Shown one piece after another: positions 51,700 to 64,000 of a stretch of 64,000 nt of DNA. This DNA comes from Octopus sinensis (Eukaryota): the NCBI RefSeq assembly GCF_006345805.1, contig NC_042998.1, positions 9,114,001 to 9,178,000 on the forward strand. Reading direction: 5' to 3'. The position numbers were made by a program, and so were the translations under genes. The stretch's first letter is position 1, and each line of letters starts with the position of its first letter. The notes beneath the pieces were generated by a model that saw only the letters and a program-made list of their open reading frames with translations, searched no databases and had not been told where the DNA came from.

Positions 51700-52075
51700 G
51701 TTGATGTCGTGTAACTAGCATCTATGCTGGTGGTGTGTAAAAAGCATCTTTCGAGCGTTGGGCCTCATGGAGGCAATGACAAATGACCGAGACCGTTGTG
51801 AATATGCAGTGCTTGAGAAGAAAACCCACGAAGCCAAGTGAAATCATAATCATGGTAGATAGTGGTATCACACAACTGGCACCCGTGCCAGTGGTATGTC
51901 AAAGCACTCATTACACTCTCACAGTGGTCGGCATTAGGAAGGGCATCCATCTGTAGAAACCATGCCAAATCAGACTTGAGTCTGGTGCAGCCCCTCAGCT
52001 TGCCAGCTTTGGTCTAACCATCTAATCTATGCCAGCATGGACAATGGACTTTAAATGACAATGATGATGATGATA
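51700..52075 (+). mobile_element. Older RTE-tail-derived repeat
   Basis: Degenerate GTGGTCGGCATTAGGAAGGGCATCCATCTGTAGAAAC ... (GAT)n. Confidence 0.65.
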
Positions 52076-54486
52076 TTCTGCACTGTATTTATTTATGTAT
52101 CTTTTATCTTTTACTTGTTTCAGTCATTGGACTACAGCCATGCTGGGCCACCACCTTGGAGGGTTTAGTTGAACAAATTGATATCAGAACTTACATTTAC
52201 AGTTGGATGCCATTCCTGTTGTTAAGCCTCACTGCTCTTCAAGTAAGGGATCTCTGACTGTACATGTCTTTAAAGGAACAGAGCCAGGGGATAATTTGTT
52301 ATCTGGAGAAATGACAAATCACTGCACATAATTAAGTGTATGCTTGTGTTTCTCAATTTTGGAGAAGTGCAATTGCAACCAAACACAGATGCACGCATGC
52401 ATACAAACATTGACTATAATTGAGACCACAGGTCAAAAGAATATTGGTGGAACTTAAAAATTAAAACAGCCACCAAGTGAAAACCTGACTGATCAGATAT
52501 TGTTGCCTGAGACATGGAAAAAACATGCTTTGTTGTGGAAATCTGCACTCTGGACATCAGTATGGTCAGAAAAATACAGAAGAAAGAAAATATCTATGCA
52601 CCAGTGATGAGGAGTTTGTAAACCCAGTACTCAAGATACACTTTCGGTTTCATATCTATAAGTACTGAAGCAGTAAGATACATACCAACCTACCACGAGC
52701 AAAGTACGAATGAAACTCCCTAATTCATAAGCTACAAATGGTCACAAAATCTGCAACAAGAAAAATCTGCAAATTCTTCTTAAGGTTTAAAGAATGCTGA
52801 CCAAAACAAAATACTTCCCTTCACACAACCTTGCTAAAAGGTAGCTGATCAAAATAAACTCAAAGCTAAATGGAGAAAACACACATGCACACACACCACC
52901 GCCACCACACACGTACATATATGGTAGGCTTCTATCACTTTCACTTAGAAGGCTTTAGCTGCCTTGGGACTGTTGTACAAAACAGTTGCCCAAGATGGCT
53001 AACTATATTTAGGACAGCATTACCAGATTAACTTATAAACAACCTGACTGATATATAATGAGCTAAAGACACTAAAATGATGTTACATTTTTCTATGACT
53101 TCAGTAATATAGTGAATATTCATTATATTACATAAGTATATATTTGAGCTCTAAATTATATGTTGTCTACATTAGAGACTGCATCGATCAATGTCTGACG
53201 AGATTCAGCAAAAATTTTCCTCATGGTTGTTGATATCAAGTAATTGTAAAATATAATTGACATCGGTAGCAATGAAACAGTGTTTCCTGTTTTTATCTAG
53301 ACAAAAGTTTGTACTATAAATAGATACTAGTTTATGGTGTCTTCACAATTCATATCCAAAAATATTATGCATGAAACACTGAATGAAGTACATTAAAATG
53401 GGGGAAATTTAAGATACTGTATTTCAATTTATTAAGATTCCAATTAAGAATTTGTAAGAAATCAAAATAAAATTTTTTATCAAATTAAAAGAGAACTGCC
53501 ATATTTTGAATGTCTGAAGCTTAAAACATTTGATCTGAAGACAATTTAAAAGAAAACAAAAACTTAATAAAAAAAAAGTTACATGGTTTTTAAAAAATTC
53601 ATACCTAAACACAAAATACTTTGTTCTCTTATAACAACATGACCAAGAATGCATTATTGTGTGAACTGATCTGTGAAATTGGGTACAAAGTTATTTAATT
53701 ATTCCATCATTATCAAAATCAAATTGATTTTTGAAGAAAAAACCTGGTTGTGTGATTTCCACAATGTTGACTTTATAGGTATACTTTTACAGCTACCACA
53801 GAAAAGTTCAAAGATCACATTTGAAATTGCTTTTTGTTTCCTTTAGAGTGCATGATCATTTTCAATGTATTTTATATAGCAATTACAATAAATCTTACTA
53901 AATACTCCTTTTCCCATATATTGTAATACTAAAGAAGTCACTGTATTTCATGAACTAGAACTTTTTTCCCTAGAAGCATATACCATACACAAATGAATAC
54001 AATAACTTAAATAATTAAAGCCCAATTAATTCGACTTCTGGTTATCTTAACAATTAAAAGATAAATGGTGTTTACTACCAAAGAGAGCTGAAGAAATAAA
54101 CATTTTATACAAGATTACTGAAGTTGTTGTGGTATAATATTGGTCAGTATTGGTATATATAACACATATGTGGCCAATTCAATGACAGGGTGTCATCCAC
54201 AGTTTCAGTGTTTCAGATATTCTATATCTCTACCTGGGTGGAGATCAAACTGTGCTCATTGATATGTTGTTGGGTATTTTGTTGAATTACAGTGTGACAA
54301 TCTGTTGTGTTTTCTCTACTATCCAATCAGTTCCTGCATGTCTGCAGGTTCTAGCTGACCAAAGCTACCCTTTTAGTCTCATTTCTGTCTGTGTTTCCCA
54401 GTATTGTGACTCAGACTAATGAAATTATTCATGTTGTTGCTATTTTTGTGTGTTGCTGAGTATTTAAATATTTGTCTAGACTGACA

Positions 54487-55020
54487 AATGAAAATCAAAA
54501 TCAAAATCATTTCGATGACTGGCATCCATGCTAGCAGGGTGCAAAGAGTACCATACAAGTGTGATCATTGACAGAGAGGCTATTCGAGTATGATCGTTAC
54601 CAGTGTCGCCTTACTGGCACTTATCCCTGTGCTAGTGGGGTGCCAAGAACACCATCCGAGCATGATTGTTGTGATCGTTGCCAGAACAGCCAACTGGCTT
54701 TCGTACCAGTGGCACGTAAAAGTGCACCATTCGAGCGTGATCATTACCAACGTCGCTTCACTGGCACCTGTGTCAGTGGCATGTGTAAAAAGATTGGAGC
54801 GAAGTCATTGCCAGTACCGCCTGACTAGCCCCCGTGCAGGTGGCACGTAAAAAGCACCCACTACACTCTAGGAGTGGTTGCCGTTAGAAAGGGCATCCAG
54901 CTGTAGAAACTCTGCCAGATCAAGACTGGAGCCTCGTGCAGCCATCTGGTTGCCAGCCCTCAGTTAAAACCGTCCAACCCATGCTAGCATGGAAAACGGA
55001 CGTTAAATGATGATGATGAG
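54487..55020 (+). mobile_element. RTE 3' end with about 4 divergent repeat units
   Basis: Same terminal 200 bp and (GAT)n tail as the 38.1 kb end. Confidence 0.8.
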
Positions 55021-56595
55021 TGGGAAAGAAAATGTTGTTGAGATGATAATGAAGTAATGTGCTGGAGTGTTGGAAATATGCCTGTGTTTTTGAAAATGAT
55101 ACGGTCAGGACAGTGTTGCCCAGAACTTGCTATAATTTGTTGCACTCTGATGACCAACCTACTTTACATTTTGAGAGTTTTTGCTTCATTGTGCATGCGA
55201 ATGAATAATTTGTTTATAGGTGAGCAATGGATGTCTTTATTTGTTGTTTAATCCACAGGTAAACTCTGAGTGAGAAGACTTGTGATTAAAGTTGTTTCAG
55301 CTATGACTATTCTTTTAGGCAAAAGGCTACATTATCAAATATGTTTTCCGTTTTCCAAGATAGCAGAATACGATTAAAGGAAGATTGGGCGATTTCTAAC
55401 AGGTCAAGCTTGCTGGCTCAAGTTTTTATATTTTGTCCATTGATATGTGAGCGTACTGTGATGCTGCCACTGATGATGATGCTGACAGCAATGGTACTAT
55501 CATCACCAATGATAATACCAATACTGCCAACACCAACACCACTACCAATGACTGACAGACAGAGTTGAGAATAGGATATGCTATTTAGGAATGTAGAACA
55601 GAAAGTAATGGCTAGATTGCAGGTATGATATTGATAGCTTGATATTGCTACAGGTATGTTGCTTTGGGTTTGTTTTATGCATGCTATTAGTCATGTCTCT
55701 TCTAGTGTTACATTTATTTCCCATATTTTATACCAGGATGTGTTATGCACATTGAAACCTCCAATTTATGGTGTTTGAAAGTGCATAAGACATCATAGTA
55801 ACGTTGTTTAATCTGGTGACAGCAATGATGTATATTGATTGATTCTAGTTTCAGCTCACGAGCTGTGTCCATGCTGGGGCACTGCCATAAATTATATTTT
55901 GTGAAACACATTAATATAAAAGCTTTTGAATTGAATGCTTGCATTTCTAGTATATAATCATGTCAAGTTTGTATACAGGTGCAGGATTTTATGCTTGTTA
56001 TGAAGTCTCCATCATGGTTATTGCTTTATAAGGCTATAATCTAGGATTTAAGTGAATATTGTATTGGTGTGGTTTTATTGCTTGCATTATTGCTATATAA
56101 ATACCCTGTGTATAGATAATGTTTTTGGGGCCATTTACGACATTGTACTGAAATATACTTAGTTCTTTTTGTATTTTTTTTTTACCATTTAGTTAGGAAG
56201 AAAGCATTGCTTGTGCCCATTTATAGGACCTTTCAGACAAGTGGGAGAATAGAAGACTGTATCCTTAACCCTTTACCATTTAAACTGGTCATATCCAATC
56301 CAGATATTTTACCTGTTGTATGTTCCAAGTGGACAGATCCAACATTTCCCACCTATCCTATGGTGTCGCTCTAAAAATAAACAATCACATCATTGAGATC
56401 TCACATATCTAGCAATGTTGAACATTTGTAACAATTTATATAAGTTTCTATACAAGGTATATATGAATGAAAAAAAAAATCAATGGAAATGATTGTGGTG
56501 GTGGTGGTGATAACAAAATGTATTAGAGTGGCAGATATAGCAAACTATCAAATTAAATATATAGTTACGTTCTTTTACTGTTGAAGCTGTACTCA

Positions 56596-57170
56596 ATACA
56601 TAGAAAAGGAGTGTGCAGATATTTCCTATGATATATTCAGTGCCATCTATGGGTGTGCAAGATGTCTAGTGGAACCAAAAGCAGACTGATGGGGAATAAA
56701 AACTTTGCGGCAGATACACAAGGATGCTTACAAGTTAGAACTCCAGCAAAGTAATTTCCTTGCAATGCTTGGAAGACTCTACAGAAGTCGTTAATAGCTT
56801 TTGTTACCCAGGCACCCAGGTCAGTAATGGAGAAGTGAGTTCTGAAAGTGTAGTTTCAAGAATAAGAATAGGATAGTAAAAGTTCAGGGAGCTATTTAAG
56901 CCCTGATGACCACAAGGAGGTTGTCACTTTGAGCAAAAGGTAGATTGTCCCCTGCTTAAGTACATACTGCGCTGCTGCATGGTAGGAAGATGTGGGCAAT
57001 TAGTGCTGAGGATTTGCAAAGGTTTTATAGAAAAGAGGCAAACATGCACTGCTGGATGAGCAATGTCAGTGCAAATGAGTGAGGTCATACAGATGGGCTG
57101 AGACTAAATATAAGATGAAGCAGATTTAGTATGCAAGTAAGTGGTGTGATGTGTAATAACTATGGATGAT
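56596..57170 (+). mobile_element. Heavily decayed RTE fragment (PHD to C-terminal region)
   Basis: Colinear similarity to 36665-37260 with many stops. Confidence 0.65.
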
Positions 57171-57277
57171 AGGCATAGGAGTGGCTGTGTGGTAAGTAGC
57201 TTGCTTACCAACCTATTTCTTTATTGCCCACAAGGGGCTAAACACAGAGAGGACAAACAAGGACAGACAAACGGATT

Positions 57278-57636
57278 AAGCCTTTAGTCGAGCAAATCGA
57301 GCCCGGGACTTATTCTTTGTAAGCCCAGTACTTATTCTATCGGTCTCTTTTGCCGAACCGCTAAGTGATGGGGACGTAAACACACCAGCATCGGTTGTCA
57401 AGCAATGCTAGGGGGACAAACACAGACACTCAAACACATACACACACACATACATATATATATATACATATATACGACAGGCTTCTTTCAGTTTCCGTCT
57501 ACCAAATACACTCACAAGGCATTGGTCGGCCCGGGGCTATAGCAGAAGACACTTGCCCAAGATGCCATGCAGTGGGACTGAACCCAGAACCATGTGGTTG
57601 ATAAGCAAGCTACTTACCACACAGCTACTCCTGCGC
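57278..57636 (-). mobile_element. SINE family A (tail missing), abutting SINE B tail and SINE A head fragments at 57173-57277
   Basis: Match to family A. Confidence 0.85.
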
Positions 57637-58060
57637 CGATATGCAGATATTTTAGTCACAAATTTAACACATTGTTTAAAGAATTTCCAAGATTGGAGGT
57701 TTTTTTTTTTTTTACAAAGACAGCAAAAAACGATTTATTCAATAGAAAATTAGAGAATAAAACAAATGCAAATAATGGTTAGTTGAACAGATGTAAGGGA
57801 ACACCATGCATTTGGGTATGAAATTAGCAAGATGTGCTAATTAAATGTTGGAAAGAAACATTCAGCCAACTTAATGATTTTTCTATCATATCGGTTTTGT
57901 TACCACATTATAATAATCTTGTAACACCCTTGCTATTGGAAAATATATCAATGTTGTTCAAATTCCAAAAGAGAATAAATATTTACTTTTATTTGTTTAT
58001 TTTATCTGTTAATTTTAAATTACTGAAGATTTCTTTTCGTTGTTCAATAATTTCGATTAT

Positions 58061-58470
58061 AGGCGCAGGAGTGGCTGTGTGGTAAGTAGCTTGCTTACCA
58101 ACCACATGGTTCCGGGTTCAGTCCCACTGCGTGGCATCTTGGGCAAGTGTCTTCTGCTATAGCCCCGGGCCGACCAATGCCTTGTGAGTGGATTTGGTAG
58201 ATGGAAACTGAAAGAAGCCTGTCGTATATATGTATATATATATAAGTGTGTGTGTATATGTTTGTGTGTCTGTGTTTGTCCCCCTAGCATTGCTTGACAA
58301 CCGATGCTGGTGTGTTTACGTCCCCGTCACTTAGCGGTTCGGCAAAAGAGACTGATAGAATAAGTACTGGGCTCACAAAGAATAAGTCCCGGGGTCGATT
58401 TGCTCGACTAAAGGCGGTGCTCCAGCATGGCCACAGTCAAATGACTGAAACAAGTAAAAGAGTAAAAGAG
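58061..58470 (+). mobile_element. SINE family A
   Basis: Full match to family A. Confidence 0.9.
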
Positions 58471-59254
58471 TATCTAATGTACCACAGACACAATGTAGCA
58501 TAAAAATACCATACATTTCATTTCCTGTCGTTGCTTAGTCCCGAGATCAGCTCTGATCAGGTAAACCAGGTGTAACCACCAAAAGCAATCAAGGTGTGAT
58601 CCTCCCATCATATATTACGTATATATATGTTGTAACCAGGAAGATTATTCTATATGACCATCTACATTTTTAAGATGCTAGAGTGTACTTTGGGAGATTT
58701 GGCTGCTACTTTTAGCATGATGAGTTTACACATTAGTATATTCTCCTAACCTTTAGCTAGAGTTATTGTCTCCAAGCTCACATTAAGATACCTTGAAAAA
58801 TTATTATCGTTTTCTATTAATGTTATTAATAGAACAGTCTAGTACCTTTATTGGTTTTGTTTCCACTAAATCTTTCACAGCTTGTCACTGATGACTATTG
58901 ATCTGAAAAGCACAGTATTTAATTAACAATAGAAATAGTTTCGAAGAACTGATGGCTAAATAAGCATTCCAAGTTCCGTATCCTATCTCCTCAAGCCTCA
59001 GACTAAACGGTAAAAAAAACAAAAAAAAACAATGAAAAACCATTCTATCCTTGCTTCACTGTTCAGTAGCTAGAAGTTTTCTTAAACACAACTGCTCCAG
59101 GAATTTATGCAAATGTCCATCGTTTATTGAATTTGACTGAAACTAGCTTGGAGAAATCTAATGTTAAATGAGCGAATAACAATAAAAATAAAATTCCAAA
59201 AATTAACAGTTATGTCAGAAAATAACAACAATAACACTAATAATAATAATAATA

Positions 59255-59886
59255 ATAATCCTTTCTGCTTTAGGCACAAGGCCTGAAATTTTGGGGGAAA
59301 GGGAGATTGTTGATTACATTGGCCCCCAGTGCTCAATTGGTACTTATTTTGTTGACTCCAAAAGATGAAAGGCAAAGTCAACTTCAGTGGAATTTACACT
59401 CTGAATGTAAAGATGGATGAAATGATGCTGACCATTTTGTCCAGCATGCTAAGGATTCTACAGAGGCTTAGCGAAATGCTTAGCGGTATTTTGTCTGCTG
59501 CTACGTTCTGAGTTCAAATTCTGTTGAGGTCGACTTTGCCTTTCATCCTTTTGAGGCCGATTAAATAAGTACCAGTTATGCACTGGGGTCGATATAATCG
59601 ACTTAATCCGTTTGTTTGTCCTTGTTTGTCCCCTCTGTGTTTAGCACCTTGTGGGCAATAAAGAAATAAGTAATGATAACAATCCTTTCTACTGTAGGCA
59701 CAATGCCTGAAAATTTGGAGGGAGGGGCCTAGTCAGTTATATCAACTCCAGTAGTTTCACTGGTACTTAGTTTATGGACCCTGAAACGATGAAAGACAAA
59801 GTCAACATCAGTAGAATTTGAACTCAGAACGTAGCAATGGATGAAATACCACTAAGCATTTTGCTTGGCATGCTCTAATAATAATG

Positions 59887-59941
<55 letters not shown>

Positions 59942-60165
59942 TAACAATAACAATAATAATCCTTTCTACTATAGGCATAAGGCCTGAAATTTGGGGCAAG
60001 GGGATAGTCAATTACATCGACCCCAGTACTCAACTGGTATTTAATTTATCAACCCTGAAGGGATGAGAGGCAAAGTTGACCTCGGTGGAACTAGAACTCA
60101 GATCATAAAGACAGCCAAAATGCTGCTAAGCATTTTACCCAGCATGCTAATCATTCTGCTAGCTC
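59255..60165. mobile_element. Cluster of four SINE family B copies (-,+,-,-) with (AAT)n spacers
   Basis: GGCAAAGT(C/T)(G/A)AC...GAATTTGAACTCAGAA-like core recurs at about 59370, 59810 and 60070, and inverted at about 59520. Confidence 0.75.
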
Positions 60166-61450
60166 AAATAAAATGCCCTGATGCAGTTCCAGGCAGTGGC
60201 TCTCATGGCTTCTGATCTTAACTGATTGGAAGTGTTATCATGTACATTGTTTTGTCTTGGTATAAAAGATGGGCTACAGCAAATATTTGGCTCAATACCA
60301 CAGATTTGCTTGTCAGTTGTTTGACCTTAACCAGTTGAGCATGTCCCTTAGTGGCTGACGATTTGTACATCTCTGATCACGAGCAGAAGTAGTAGGGGGA
60401 GCATCATAGCCGTGTGTTGAGAGGAATTCTTTGGAGTTTGAATAATTCACCTCTGCAAACATGACTGTTTCATTCAACATCCTTAAACAACCCTTATTTA
60501 GAGACTTTTTGAGTGGGCTGGGCTACACGACCTGAAGAAAATTCTAACTGGGGCCCCATTCTGCAAGGTCATGCGCTGTTTATGTTGATATAAGATCACC
60601 ATGTTGTGCACATATGGTTGTGATGCATGTACCTGGTGTACCCTAACCAGATGGGTAGTCATGATGAGCATATCATGGAGACATTCCTCATACATAAGCT
60701 TAGACAAGCCCACGACCATTCGATGTCAGAGCATACACTCAAGGTATACGAAGATGAGTGGATGAGAAAATAGGGAGAGCAGGTCAGGTGGATAAGTTGG
60801 TAAGAGTGTGAGAGGAAAGTGATAGATAGAGATGAAGGCAGAGGTGAATGTGGTGAATGATGGACAAGTGTGGAAGCACGATTGAAAGTACACGAGTTTG
60901 AGTTTGGGGGAAAGTGATAAGAAAAAGAAGTGGTTCTGGAAGAGCCATTAAGGGATAGTAGAGAAAGGGTGGAGAGCCACAGAATAATAAACTGTATCAT
61001 CATCATCATCATCATTAACATCCGTTCTCCATGTTGGCATGGGTTGAATGGTTTGAGAAGAGTGGACCAGCTGAAGAACCGCCCAGGCTCCCTTGTCTGT
61101 TTTGGCATGGTTTTCTATGGCTGGATGCCCTTGCTAATGCCAAATACTTTACAAAGTGTACTGGGGGCTTTTATGTGGCACCACATGGATGCTTTTACAT
61201 GACACCAGCATGGGCACTTTTACAGGGTACCTGCATGGCTGCTTGTATGTAGTATCAGCATGCACCATAAGCCCTCATGACTAGGATCTCTCAACTGAGA
61301 GAGAGAGAGAGATGTAGAGGACATCCCTGAATGCATGGACATCCACAATTTTACTTAGATTGTATATATATATATACACCAAAAATTCAGGGTGAATACT
61401 TGATAATTGTAAGCACCTGTATATGCCAGTTAGTGGTGTAGATGATAGAG

Positions 61451-61815
61451 TATATTTATCAAAAGAAAAACATGATGCAAAGGATTTAGCGGTACATATG
61501 TTTCTGGCTTTTATTAGACAGTTTATATCAATGCATAATTGATGTAATATGTATGTCAATAGCCTTCTTCAGCCACGGACAATTACTACTTCAAGGACAT
61601 GTATTACATTATAAGTTTGGGAAAAAGACGATTTACGTTGGGGATACAAACTTATAATGTAATACATGTCCTTGAAGTAGTAATTGTGCGTGGCTGAAGA
61701 AGGCTAATGACATACATATTACATCAATTATGCATTGATATAAATGGTCTAATAAAAGCCAGAAACATATGTACCGCTAAATCCTTTGCATCATGTTTTT
61801 CTTTTGATAAATATA
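61451..61815. repeat. Near-perfect 169-bp inverted duplication (27-nt spacer); each arm carries a hammerhead-like fold
   Basis: 61451-61619 is the reverse complement of 61647-61815 with about 4 mismatches. Confidence 0.95.
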
Positions 61816-63279
61816 TATGTATATATATATATATTCAAAAGAAGTTTTAATTGAAACTTTATCGCAAGTTTTATTCACTTGTTACTTATTTACTTACACC
61901 CCATTCTAAAGTAACCCATATCCCACCAGAATATAGCCATGCCCCAATCAGTGAGGTATGCTTTGAGAAACTTTGAGAAACACTGATACAAAGGGTCAAA
62001 TTAATTATTCTTCATCATTTAGTCTAATAAATTACTATTTCTACTACAATAAAGATTTTTAAAAATTTAACACCATCTCCAGTACCCAATTATCTTTTGA
62101 GGGTTTTGTTAAGGGGGAGGGTGGGATAGCAAGTTAGATATCATGCAAGCCCTTACCCTAGCAGGGTACAGGATGTGCAACCATACATGCAGCGAGCAAT
62201 GAAAATTTGAAGCCACACAGTTTGTGCTAGATCTTGGTATGAATAACGGTGAAGGTTCTGATAGTATAGAGGGAAGCTAACAACTATAAATCCTCATCCA
62301 ATCTGTGTCAACATGTGTGGGAGAAAACAAACATTAAAAGGATGTGAAGGAAAAAATGTAGTGGTAGCGGTAACAGGCAGAGAAGACAAGGAGGGAGGAA
62401 AAAAGGAGGGAAAATCTGAAATGGAGAGAACTTGAGTTTTAAGAATCTAACATATATCAAACTGTGAAGTTCACATCTCACTTCCTCTATTCCTGAGTTA
62501 GGTTGTCCCTTACAGGAATGGGAAGTGCTGTAAATGTTTCCTATTTGAGTTGATGGGAAATTTATAAAATAAAATCCGGCATATATGTACAGAAAATTGT
62601 GAGATTTCCCTATAGCTGAAGTGTGGATCGTTAATGAATTATTAAGTGTTAGCAACTGTCAAGAGGCTGTTATAAAATTCGGTTCCAATTGAAAGCGTTT
62701 AAATACATAAATAGTAAACAGAAAGATATGTAGTACAAATAACAGCCACTTTTGTAGATGGAGAGGATAAAGTAGCTTAAATTAGTTGACTCCAGTATGT
62801 TACTGGTACAATTTTTATCAACCACAGCTGGCTAAAAGACAATATATAAAAGATTAACAAAACGATATGAGAATCTAAACCTTAATATATTGTGAAATTT
62901 ACAGACTTGCACACAGCTTCTGCCCACAAATTCACCCTGATGTAGTTCAAATAATGGTTTCTTACATTAGCACAAGGCCACAAAATTGTACAGATTCTTA
63001 TCTTCTTCAGAGGCATGTGAACATATAGTAGGATGAAATTAAATATTGTAAGATATTTTAAATTCTAGCAACCTCCTGTTTTCAACACATTACAAGCTTT
63101 TGTTATATGGAAAGTGTTAGGATCCATGAAATAAGTACCAGTCGAGCACTGGACTCAGGGTAATCAACTAACTTCCTTCTTCAAAATTTCAAGCCTTGTG
63201 CCTATTGCAGAAAGAATTATATCGAAAGTGTAAGATGGTAAGCTGACAGAATTGTTACCAAGCTGCACAGAATATTTAA

Positions 63280-63500
63280 CCCTTTCATTACTGTATTTAT
63301 TTTGAGATGCTCTGTGGTTTTTTCAATTATCTTAGATATAACAAAGAATTTAGTAAATTAACTTCGTTATCATTAAGCTAGTGTTAGGAACATAAATTTT
63401 AACTAAGATTTGGTGGAAGATTTGAATTCAAAACTTATGAAAACAAGACATTTATACTAAAGAGCCAGAACTGGTTTCAGCCGGGTTGATAATGAAAGGA
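63280..63500. mobile_element. TTAA-flanked piggyBac-type MITE inserted into a SINE B copy
   Basis: TTAA|CCCTTTCATTA ... TAATGAAAGGA|TTAA; SINE B halves rejoin across it. Confidence 0.7.
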
Positions 63501-64000
63501 TTAATGACATTTCTTCTGGTTCTTTACACTCTAGGTGCAAATGCTGCTGAGGTTGACTTTGCTTTCATCTTTTCACAGTCAAGAGAATAAGCACCAGTCA
63601 TGAACTTGGACTGATGTAATCATCTTGCCCCTCCTCTCAAAATTGCTGGCCTTGTGCCAAAAATTAGAATTATATGAAAAGTGTGATATTCATGCGTTTC
63701 CAAAGAGTTTTAATGTCCAAAAGAAGGTTAAACCACTTTGGAATTTCAGCTTGCAACGAGATTAACAGTAACTGTATAGTGTACACAAACATAGCGGAAA
63801 CAGCAAGCAATAAGCAATTAAACAATTGTCTATCTCTCGCTCTGCATATACAATGCAAGAAGTTGGTTGTCTGTCTATTTACACAAAATGTTCGGATGAA
63901 CAATATGCATCTTAATAACATTCCAAACTAAATTTCGAAACATGTAAATGAATATTAATAGATGCGTACAAAAAAGCACAACCAAAATCCTCTTGTGAGT

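Overview
AT-rich, repeat-saturated eukaryotic DNA. The SINE families, (TA)n/(GATA)n/(CAT)n tracts and RTE LINE point to a cephalopod, probably Octopus (inferred, not database-verified). Only two host coding exons can be supported, both on the minus strand: a terminal exon at 5886-6089 and an upstream coiled-coil exon at 13388-13502, resembling the C-terminus of a FAM81-family protein. The rest is probably intron and flank, filled with about 18 copies of one tRNA-derived SINE, three other SINE families, and a 5'-truncated frameshifted RTE LINE (35.5-38.1 kb) with a PHD finger inside its RT region. There are also many orphan RTE 3' ends carrying 63-67 bp or 98/112 bp tandem arrays, non-autonomous Helitrons, TTAA-flanked MITEs and fold-backs. 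The most striking signal is a set of unrelated short non-coding inserts that each carry a minimal type-I hammerhead ribozyme fold of the Penelope-like-element (PLE) kind, with a palindromic stem III and one extra base after A9. They include an apparently intact copy with a compensatory G3:C8 core swap (40061-40111) and a back-to-back pair in a 169-bp inverted duplication (61451-61815). All folds and alignments were done by eye.
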